DNA of 46,016 nucleotides from IMG/VR virus record IMGVR_UViG_3300040770_000334, positions 1 through 46,016 of that record, one strand, 5' to 3'. The notes beneath the pieces are model-generated. The model did not search any database and was not told where the DNA came from. It was given only the letters and a program-made list of their open reading frames with translations. Source of the stretch: a virus. The position numbers and the translations under genes were made by a program. Positions 9,513 to 17,802 of the stretch are shown here, one piece after another (within the stretch, counting starts at the first letter, position 1; each line of letters opens with the position of its first letter).

Positions 9513-10571
9513 ATGGCAATGCCTAAAGGTTATCGAACGAATATTAATATCAACCCTAGTAAAATAGGTACTGATAGAAGACAAGAAATACTGGATGGGA
9601 TTGCTGCTAAAAATACTTTCTTACCAAATGGTGTTTTGGAAGAAGATATGGACCAAACACTATTAGATTTTATTAAATCAGACAAAACCATAGGATTAAC
9701 CATTGATGGTGAAGTAGTGCCAGTTATTTTTTTAACAATTCAAAGATGGACTGAGTTTAGTAAAACTTGGCAATTCTCTGATAAATATAAAAATATCGAG
9801 TTACCATTTATCACTGTTGTTAGAAAACCAGATATACAACAAGGTCAAAACCAAGCTGGTTTATGGAATATACCAGGAAATCGCTCATACACCTATATGA
9901 AAGTACCAACATGGGATGGTGCCAGAAAAGGTTTCGATGTTTATAAAGTCCCACAACCTACATCTGTAGACATGACATACGAAGTGAGAATATTCACTAA
10001 TCGAATGAAAGATTTAAATAAATTCAATAGAAAGGTTCAAAAAGCTTTTCAATCAAGACAATGTTATATCAATGTTAATGGTCACCCAATGCCATTGCAT
10101 TTAGAAAATATTGGTGATGAATCTAATATCGATGATTTTGAGAATAGAAGGTTTTACATTCAAATGTTTGAGATGAAATTATTGGGTTATATTTTAGACG
10201 AAGAAGATTTTGAGGTAATCCCTACGATTAACCGAACAATGGTGTCTACAGAAGTAGTAGCATCATTATTACCTAGTAATGTAATTACTGATTTCGCTGT
10301 TTCAACAAATGGTGTTGTATTTACATTCAATTTTAAACCGCAATCGGATACACAATTTACCTTTATATCACAATATGATGTTAGTTTTACACAAATTTTG
10401 GATATCTCAAACGTAACACGTATAGTTATTTCAATTAACGAAAGTGTAGTTTTTGACGGAACTGTTTTAATAACACCTATATTAGTTAACGCTAACGATA
10501 GCATTAAGATTAGAGTAAATAAACCTTTTAGTAGTGAAGGTATTTTTAAACTGAAAGGAAACACAACGTAA
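9513..10571 (+). CDS. Tail completion / sheath stabiliser protein (gp15-like) with C-terminal extension
   Basis: VPVIF...RW, LPFITVVR and PQPTSVDMTYEVRIFT patterns; synteny. Confidence 0.65.
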   Translation: MAMPKGYRTNININPSKIGTDRRQEILDGIAAKNTFLPNGVLEEDMDQTLLDFIKSDKTIGLTIDGEVVPVIFLTIQRWTEFSKTWQFSDKYKNIELPFITVVRKPDIQQGQNQAGLWNIPGNRSYTYMKVPTWDGARKGFDVYKVPQPTSVDMTYEVRIFTNRMKDLNKFNRKVQKAFQSRQCYINVNGHPMPLHLENIGDESNIDDFENRRFYIQMFEMKLLGYILDEEDFEVIPTINRTMVSTEVVASLLPSNVITDFAVSTNGVVFTFNFKPQSDTQFTFISQYDVSFTQILDISNVTRIVISINESVVFDGTVLITPILVNANDSIKIRVNKPFSSEGIFKLKGNTT

Positions 10572-10572
10572 A

Positions 10573-10959
10573 ATGAGTAGAACAAACAACCATTCGGACA
10601 TTAACCAAACATTCATAATATCTGCCCCAGAACAACTAGCTAGTTCGGGGTGTACAAACGTATATACAAATAGATTAATAAACTGTGAAAATGGTGCTGT
10701 TATCTATTTGGGTAGAACTCAAACTATTTTCAACACTAATATTGTACCAGAAACAACTGATTTTATCGTTTTGGGTACACCATTGAAAAGATTTAGAGAC
10801 ATAAACGTTATGAGTGGTACAACATCTGTTTGGGCAGTTACCGAAAAAGTTAAAACCCCAACATTAGCTTTAGGTCTAGATGCTAATGGTGAAAATAGAG
10901 AAATAAACGCACAAAACTCTATCATTCAATACGATTCTTTGAATGGTGGTGAATATTAA
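10573..10959 (+). CDS. Small virion/fibre-associated protein
   Basis: IVP...LGTPLKRFRDI fibre-type motif; ends in LNGGEY. Confidence 0.5.
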   Translation: MSRTNNHSDINQTFIISAPEQLASSGCTNVYTNRLINCENGAVIYLGRTQTIFNTNIVPETTDFIVLGTPLKRFRDINVMSGTTSVWAVTEKVKTPTLALGLDANGENREINAQNSIIQYDSLNGGEY

Positions 10960-11005
10960 ATGAACATTTAAATAAAATAACATATTTATAATAAAACAAA
11001 GATAA

Positions 11006-12685
11006 ATGGCAAATAGAATAACCACACACATTTTAAAAAATAGTGATGTAATTGCAAGACCGTTACCTTCGGTATTATTAAAAGGTGAACCAATTATTAA
11101 TACCGCTGAAGGTATTATGTTCTTCTCTGGTTCTACTAGCTCAACAGCTGGTTGGACACAAGCTGGTCCTAACCCTTCATTTTTTGAGGTAGGGTCTAAT
11201 CTTTATGATTTAAAAATTAGAAATAGAATAACAGCATACAATGGTTTAACTAACCTAACAGGTAAATTCCTTTCTGGTACAACTAGTGGGTTCGTTTTAG
11301 CCGATATAGCAAATATTGTTGGTGTTGATACATATGTTACTGGTGGTACTTACAACGCTGGTACAGCAACCTTCAGAAATAATTTCGGTGCATCATTTAA
11401 CGTTACTGGATTCAAAGAATCTGACTTGGTTGTAACTGGTGCTACTGGTAATGATAGTGTTAAAACTTATACCTTCACAAATAATACAGGTGGTACATTT
11501 ACTGTTAATGCATTATCTGATATTCGTGTAACTGGTGGTACTTTCTCAAACGGTACGGCTATTTTCACAAATAGTACTGGTGGTACGTTTAACGTTGCTG
11601 GTTTTAGTGATGTTCGTGTAACTGGTGGTACTGCTAATGATAGTGCTAAAACTTATACCTTCACAAATAATACAGGTGGTACTTTTAACGTTAACGCATT
11701 AAACGACATACGTGTAACTGGTGGTACTTACTCAAACGGTACAGCTATTTTCAGTAATAATACTGGTGGTACGTTTAACGTTACTGGTTTCAAAGAATCT
11801 GATACTGTAGTAACTGGGGCGACTGGTAATGATAGTGCTAAAACTTATACGTTCACCAACAATACTGGTGGTACTTTCAGTGTTAACGCATTATCCGACA
11901 TACGTGTAACTGGTGGTACTTTCTCAAATGGTACAGCATCGTTTACAAATAGTACTGGTGGTACGTTTAACGTTGGTGGTTTTGCTACTGGTACATCAAG
12001 TAGTGATACTTATGTTAGTGGTTTTACATACACCCCAACACAAAATAAATTTACAATAGCGCAAAACGGAATAGCTAATCTAGATGTAACGCTTTCAGCT
12101 GTATCTGGTTTAACTGTATCTGATTTAGCAACAAATAGACTTGTTTATACAACAACTGGTGGTAAACTATTAACTGGTACCGCAGTTTTTGATGGAACTA
12201 ATACTAACTTACCATCGAATGGTTCGTTAACTGTTGGTAGTGGTGGTTTAATCATTGGTAGTGGTGGTTCACCAAGTGTTGCTGGAACTGGAGACCTTAT
12301 TGTTAATGGTAACATAACAGTATTTGGTAATGCCTTCTCAGCATTTACATCTCAATTATATGTTGAGGATAACAACATTTCACTTAACTTTAACCCTACT
12401 GGAAGTACTGTCGCAACATCTGTTGGTGCTGGTTGGACTATCCAAGATGGTAATGGTGTTAGTACTGGTGACGTTAACTTCGATATTAGAGCAATGAACG
12501 TATTTAGTGGGCTAACTGGTACACAAATACCGAATGTTAGTGAATATGGTGGGGCAACTGGATACGCAAATAGAGGTTTTGTTACACAACTAAACGATAT
12601 CGTTATTCGAAGCACAAATATCAACACACCAAATGGTGTTAGGTTATTGGCCGAATTTGATGTTTTAGATGGTGGGGTTTACTAA
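11006..12685 (+). CDS. Tail-fibre-like protein with tandem VTGG/FTNNTGGTF repeats
   Basis: N-terminal LLKGEPIINTAEG (Mtd_N/hyaluronidase-N-like), seven tandem repeats, ends in LDGGVY; late motif at 10982. Confidence 0.7.
   Translation: MANRITTHILKNSDVIARPLPSVLLKGEPIINTAEGIMFFSGSTSSTAGWTQAGPNPSFFEVGSNLYDLKIRNRITAYNGLTNLTGKFLSGTTSGFVLADIANIVGVDTYVTGGTYNAGTATFRNNFGASFNVTGFKESDLVVTGATGNDSVKTYTFTNNTGGTFTVNALSDIRVTGGTFSNGTAIFTNSTGGTFNVAGFSDVRVTGGTANDSAKTYTFTNNTGGTFNVNALNDIRVTGGTYSNGTAIFSNNTGGTFNVTGFKESDTVVTGATGNDSAKTYTFTNNTGGTFSVNALSDIRVTGGTFSNGTASFTNSTGGTFNVGGFATGTSSSDTYVSGFTYTPTQNKFTIAQNGIANLDVTLSAVSGLTVSDLATNRLVYTTTGGKLLTGTAVFDGTNTNLPSNGSLTVGSGGLIIGSGGSPSVAGTGDLIVNGNITVFGNAFSAFTSQLYVEDNNISLNFNPTGSTVATSVGAGWTIQDGNGVSTGDVNFDIRAMNVFSGLTGTQIPNVSEYGGATGYANRGFVTQLNDIVIRSTNINTPNGVRLLAEFDVLDGGVY
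11327..11985 (+). repeat. Seven tandem ~90-100 bp in-frame repeats alternating two subtypes
   Basis: Type A DIRVTGGTFSNGTAIFTNSTGGTFNVAGF alternates with type B DxVVTGATGNDSxKTYTFTNNTGGTFxVNAL. Confidence 0.9.
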
Positions 12686-12700
12686 TTAAAATATTTAATA

Positions 12701-12741
12701 AAAAAAAAAAGAGATAACACATGTTATCTCTTTTTTTTTTT
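12701..12741 (+). terminator. Intrinsic terminator
   Basis: Poly-A, gagataac-acat-gttatctc, poly-T. Confidence 0.9.
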
Positions 12742-12769
12742 ATTAAAGTAAATAAACTTTATTTTACGC

Positions 12770-12844
12770 ATATTTATATTATACTGGTTAAATAACCAAT
12801 AGAATAAACTCTAGATAGAGTATTAATTAAAACCATAGATATGG
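12770..12844 (+). promoter_or_regulatory. Late motif followed by a 5' leader with three U-ARAU-A hairpins
   Basis: ATATTTAT at 12770; tggtt-AAAT-aacca, actct-AGAT-agagt and ccat-AGAT-atgg (contains the start codon). Confidence 0.65.
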
Positions 12845-15800
12845 CAAATAGAAAAAATACGTTTTTAATAAAACGTTCAAACGTTCCTGGTAATAAACCT
12901 ACAGCTGGTCAGATTTTACTGGGTGAATTAGCCCTTAACACAGCTGATGTTATTTTATATACTTCTGGAACAACAGCAAATTCTATATTGCCAATTGGTT
13001 GGGATAGGGTGAGCAAGACTGGTGATACCATGACTGGGCCTCTTTACTCACCAACAATATCAGCAACAACATACCTTAATTTACCAATAACAGCTGACAT
13101 ACGTGTAACTGGTGGTACGCATTCAAATGGTACTGCCACGTTTACAAATAATACTGGTGGTACGTTTAACGTTACTGGATTTAGTACTGGTGGTGGAAGT
13201 AGTACTATTTTAACTGGTGGTACGTTTAATAATGGTGTTGCAGTATACACTAATAACTCTGGTGGTACTTTTAATGTAACTGGGTTTACGTCATCGAACA
13301 TTCCAGTTAAATCAGAACTTGGTTCATCATTCTCTAAACTTCAAGATTTTATTGATGTTGGTTGGTCTGCTGGTAGGATTTCTGGTGGTGAATTGGTTAA
13401 TAATGGAAATGGTACTGTTAACATACTATTAGGTTCTGGTATGATTAAAACAACCGATAATATTCTTGGAAACACAAATTTCTTTAGTTGGAACACGCAG
13501 AATAACATATCATTAGTAAATGAACAAACATCTTACCTTTATGTCGATTATAATGGTGGATTACCTTTAATTACAGCAACAACGGATTCACTGAGCGTTA
13601 CACAAACAACACAGTTTATTTTAGCATCTGTTTATAGGAAAAACAACGATATCTATACGGCACAAACTGGTACAGAGATATCTAACTTACCTAGAAAAAT
13701 ACAACGACGATTAACTGAAGCTTTTGGTTATCAGAGAACATCTGGTATCATAACAAGTGAAACTGGTACATTAGGTTTTAAGGTGTCTACTGGTATTATA
13801 TGGTCATCCTTAAATAGAAACATATTCCCACCATTCTCAACTATTTCTGGTGGTACATTTACATTATTTACTAGAAATGGAGTTGGTGGGTTCAATGAAT
13901 TAGCAAGTCAAACTACGTTAGACCCTAACATATACGATAATGACGGAACCACACCACAATTAACAAACGGTAGGTATTCTTCTTATTTCGTATATGTTGG
14001 AACAGGTGGTAAGGTAGACGTATTAATGGGTCAAACAAATACAACCTTATCATTAACCCAGAGTAGTGTTGTTCCAGCTAACCTACCAAAGGTAATGAAT
14101 GATTTTAGTTTATTTGCGGCTAAAATAATTATATTAAAAGGTGCAAATACTTTTACTGAGGTGCAATTACCGTATGGTACACTTGTATCTCAAGGCTCTA
14201 CTAATAACCATAATGAATTATCGTCTCTTCAAGGTGGTAGTGTTGGGGAATACTATCACTTAACATCAAATGATTATAATACAGTGTTGGGTGTTAACAC
14301 ATCATTACAACAAAAAGCTAATCTAACTGGTGCAACGTTTACTGGTGGTGTATCAGCTACAACAATTTCAGCAACAACATACCTTAATTTACCAATAACA
14401 GCTGACATACGTGTAACTGGTGGTACACATTCAAATGGTACAGCAACCTTTACAAATAATACTGGTGGTACATTTAATGTTACTGGTTTTAGTACTGGTG
14501 GTGGTGGAAGTAGTACATTCACAGGTGGTACGGTTAGTGGTGCAACGCAGTTCACTGGTGGCCTAACAGCTAATACTATTTCAGCAACAACATATTTAAA
14601 TTTACCAATAACAACAGATATTAGAGTAACTGGTGGAACTTATTCAAACGGTACAACGTTATTCACAAATAATACTGGTGGTACATTTAATATTACTGGT
14701 TTTACCACAAATACTTATGGCGATTTAAGACAAAAAAATACCGTAACTACAACGGGAACATCACAAACACTCTTAGGTATAATAACTGGGATTACTATTG
14801 GTACATATATTATTGAGTCATACGTTACTGCAAATAAATCAAATAATGAGTATGGTGTTTGGAAAAGAACATTAGGCGTAACTACTAGTGGTGGTACTCC
14901 TGTTATTGTTCATGAAAACGCTGATTTAGATAAAGTATCTTCTGGATTTACTGGAAACACTATAGTATATAGTGCAATTACTGGAAATGCAATTAATATT
15001 TATGTTACAGGTATTTCAGCAAACACATATAACTGGGCATCATATTATAATATTATTGACCAAGGAATTGCTGCTAATAATATATTAACATTATCAACAA
15101 ATATTTCTGCATCAACAATAGTTGTTGGTGCTATAACAGCCACTAATTATTTAGGTTTACCAACAGATATTAGAGTAACTGGTGGAACACATTCAAATGG
15201 TACAGCCACATTTACAAATAATACTGGTGGCACGTTTAATGTTACTGGTTTTAGTACTGGTGGTACTGGTAGTGTGTCACCGATAACAATTGTTAACACA
15301 TCAAGCTTATTCTCAACAGGTTTAGCTAATACTGGGAATGGCTCAATAGGAGTTGATTCACTTTTCTTTGGTAGAAGTGCTGGTAATGGAGCAACAAATG
15401 CTAGTAACTCTAACTTTTTTGGTTTTAGTGCTGGTCAAAATGCTATAAATGCTAACAATTCAAATTTCATTGGAGCTCAAGCTGGACAAGAAGCAACAAA
15501 CGCTACTTATTCAAATTTTATCGGATTCCAAGTAGGTAGTGCGACAAGTGCTCAATTCTCAAACTTCTTTGGTTTTCAAACTGGTAATCAAGCAACAAAT
15601 GCCAGTAATTCAAATTTCTTTGGTCAAAATGCTGGATTTCAAGCAACAACTGCTAATGATTCAAATTTCTTTGGTTATTATGCTGGTAATGGGGCTACGG
15701 GTGCTTCTTTTTCAAATTTCATTGGTCAGAGTGCTGGTGACTCAGCATCAAGTGCGACTGGTTCAAATTTTATCGGTCATAATGCTGGGCAATTTTCAAT

Positions 15801-16287
15801 AGGTGCTTCACAATCAAATTTTATAGGTTACCAAGCTGGTGTTCTTGCAACAAATGCAAGTGGTTCAACCTTTATTGGTTCCCAAGCTGGTAGAAGCGCA
15901 ACAGGTGCTTCTTACTCAACCTTAATTGGTTTTAATGTCGGTAACGGTGCAAACTTAAAAAGTATTGGGTCAAATAATATAATTATTGGTACTAACATAT
16001 CATTGGTTAGTGGTAAAACAAATAGTATTAATTTAGGTGGTGTTTTATTTGGGACTGGGGTCTATTCAACAATAACGGGTAATCCAAGTATTACACCACA
16101 AACCCAAGGTAAAATAGGCGTTAACATTATTGACCCAATCCAAGCATTTGAGGTATCGGGTGGAACAAGGTTATATGGTGGTTTAACCGCAACAACAATA
16201 TCGGCAACAACATACCTTAATTTACCATCTACTGGTGGTGGTCTATCTTTTGGTCAATTATACGCAATAACAACATTAAACATATAA
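12841..16287 (+). CDS. Long modular tail fibre
   Basis: N-terminal LLGELALNTAD; dispersed TISATTYLNLP/DIRVTGG repeats; ~14-aa SNFFGxxAG solenoid-like repeats near the C-terminus. Confidence 0.75.
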   Translation: MANRKNTFLIKRSNVPGNKPTAGQILLGELALNTADVILYTSGTTANSILPIGWDRVSKTGDTMTGPLYSPTISATTYLNLPITADIRVTGGTHSNGTATFTNNTGGTFNVTGFSTGGGSSTILTGGTFNNGVAVYTNNSGGTFNVTGFTSSNIPVKSELGSSFSKLQDFIDVGWSAGRISGGELVNNGNGTVNILLGSGMIKTTDNILGNTNFFSWNTQNNISLVNEQTSYLYVDYNGGLPLITATTDSLSVTQTTQFILASVYRKNNDIYTAQTGTEISNLPRKIQRRLTEAFGYQRTSGIITSETGTLGFKVSTGIIWSSLNRNIFPPFSTISGGTFTLFTRNGVGGFNELASQTTLDPNIYDNDGTTPQLTNGRYSSYFVYVGTGGKVDVLMGQTNTTLSLTQSSVVPANLPKVMNDFSLFAAKIIILKGANTFTEVQLPYGTLVSQGSTNNHNELSSLQGGSVGEYYHLTSNDYNTVLGVNTSLQQKANLTGATFTGGVSATTISATTYLNLPITADIRVTGGTHSNGTATFTNNTGGTFNVTGFSTGGGGSSTFTGGTVSGATQFTGGLTANTISATTYLNLPITTDIRVTGGTYSNGTTLFTNNTGGTFNITGFTTNTYGDLRQKNTVTTTGTSQTLLGIITGITIGTYIIESYVTANKSNNEYGVWKRTLGVTTSGGTPVIVHENADLDKVSSGFTGNTIVYSAITGNAINIYVTGISANTYNWASYYNIIDQGIAANNILTLSTNISASTIVVGAITATNYLGLPTDIRVTGGTHSNGTATFTNNTGGTFNVTGFSTGGTGSVSPITIVNTSSLFSTGLANTGNGSIGVDSLFFGRSAGNGATNASNSNFFGFSAGQNAINANNSNFIGAQAGQEATNATYSNFIGFQVGSATSAQFSNFFGFQTGNQATNASNSNFFGQNAGFQATTANDSNFFGYYAGNGATGASFSNFIGQSAGDSASSATGSNFIGHNAGQFSIGASQSNFIGYQAGVLATNASGSTFIGSQAGRSATGASYSTLIGFNVGNGANLKSIGSNNIIIGTNISLVSGKTNSINLGGVLFGTGVYSTITGNPSITPQTQGKIGVNIIDPIQAFEVSGGTRLYGGLTATTISATTYLNLPSTGGGLSFGQLYAITTLNI

Positions 16288-16290
16288 ATT

Positions 16291-17508
16291 ATGATTTTTT
16301 TAAACACAACAAATGAATCTTTAGAGATTAAAACTACATCTATCGCTGATATTGATTTCCAAGTAAATTTTGTAGATGTAGTTCCATCTACTTCAGCAAC
16401 TCCTGGTAGTTTCCAAGGAAAAATTACAACTATTGGTATAACCGTGATATTATCGGCACCAGCAGCATCAGTTTCAAGACAAATTAAATCGGTCTTTATT
16501 AGAAACAAACATGCATCTTTAGCAAATACAATTTCAGTTAATAAAGATGTATCGACAATTGAATATTTATTAACTAGTGATACGCTTTTACAGGCTGGGA
16601 CATTTATGGTGTATGAAAGTGGAAATGGTTGGAGCCTTGGTTCTACATTAGTTAACACACTTAATAACGACTACCATACTGGATATCAAGACTGGCTAGG
16701 TATTTCCGACCCAGTATCTCCAGCAATTGGTGATTTAAGGGTTTACGCAAAACCAGTTGTTGGTAGAATGTTACCAAAATGGAAGGGCCCATCTGGGCTT
16801 GACACACCATTTCAACCAGCTTTTTTTGGTAATAATATTGTTATGTGGAATCCAGCGGCAACCTCTGGTGTTATGATTGGCGCACTACAGACAGTTATAA
16901 CTGCTGGTGTTTCAACACTTCCAACAGTAACAAATCGATACACTAGTTTACGTAGAAGTGTGTTTACCTCAGCAACTGGTGTTAACACAATGAATAGTCT
17001 TAGAAGCGAAGCTACTTTTTTTAGAGGCGCAACAGTTGGTGCTGGTGGTTTCTTTTTCTTTTGTAGGTTTGGTTTTACAACTTGGACCCAAGGAAATAGG
17101 TTGTTTATAGGTTTGGCCGTTGATACTACCGCTTTAATAACGGCTGACCCATCATCTAAACTTAACACTCTTGGTTTTGCGGTTGATTCAGCAGATACCG
17201 CAATTAGCTTTATACATAATGATGGTACTAGTGTCGCAATTAAAGACGTTATTGTCGGACAACCAGCCTTATCTAGTAATAATGCTTATGATGCGTATAT
17301 ATTCTGTAAACCAAATGATACGACAGTATTCTACAGACTTGATGACGTATCATCTGGTTTAACAATTATTGACACATCAACAGCTATTGACTTACCAATT
17401 TCAACAACTATGCTTAACGCAACAGCGGCAATAGGTTCTGGTACTAACGCTGGTGCTGGTGTAGCCGCTATAGGTGTTAACAGAATGTACATTGAATCGG
17501 ATTACTAA
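16291..17508 (+). CDS. Putative virion appendage / fibre-tip protein
   Basis: Beta-rich, T/S/G-rich; 3 nt after the fibre stop; no clear family motif. Confidence 0.45.
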   Translation: MIFLNTTNESLEIKTTSIADIDFQVNFVDVVPSTSATPGSFQGKITTIGITVILSAPAASVSRQIKSVFIRNKHASLANTISVNKDVSTIEYLLTSDTLLQAGTFMVYESGNGWSLGSTLVNTLNNDYHTGYQDWLGISDPVSPAIGDLRVYAKPVVGRMLPKWKGPSGLDTPFQPAFFGNNIVMWNPAATSGVMIGALQTVITAGVSTLPTVTNRYTSLRRSVFTSATGVNTMNSLRSEATFFRGATVGAGGFFFFCRFGFTTWTQGNRLFIGLAVDTTALITADPSSKLNTLGFAVDSADTAISFIHNDGTSVAIKDVIVGQPALSSNNAYDAYIFCKPNDTTVFYRLDDVSSGLTIIDTSTAIDLPISTTMLNATAAIGSGTNAGAGVAAIGVNRMYIESDY

Positions 17509-17547
17509 TAATCCAAAAATAATTAAAAATAAATATAATATATTATA

Positions 17548-17799
17548 ATGGCAACAAGTAATTTAAAAAGAGTAACTATTGGTTCAATAGAGTTACAAAG
17601 TGGTAATGGTTCGCCAAGCCATTTTTCAGCAATTGGTAGTACATATATAAATGTAGATACTGGAATTAAATATAAAAATAATGGTGGTATAAATTGGGGT
17701 TTAGAAGCTAGTGGTTCTGGTAGTGCAATTACTGTTTCATTATTACCACCAACAGGAATACCATCTAATGGTGACCAGTGGGTCACGTATAGCGGATAA
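17548..17799 (+). CDS. Small fibre adaptor-like protein
   Basis: GNGSP...GSTYINVDTG and PPT..PSNGDQW motifs typical of fibre modules. Confidence 0.5.
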   Translation: MATSNLKRVTIGSIELQSGNGSPSHFSAIGSTYINVDTGIKYKNNGGINWGLEASGSGSAITVSLLPPTGIPSNGDQWVTYSG

Positions 17800-17802
17800 T
17801 TT

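Noticed and set aside
11327-11985. CRISPR array
   Set aside because: The repeats are degenerate at codon third positions, in frame within a CDS, and lack unique spacers.
157-16130. Diversity-generating retroelement TR/VR pair among the fibre repeats
   Set aside because: Differences between copies are not adenine-specific, all copies are coding, and no reverse transcriptase is present in the window.
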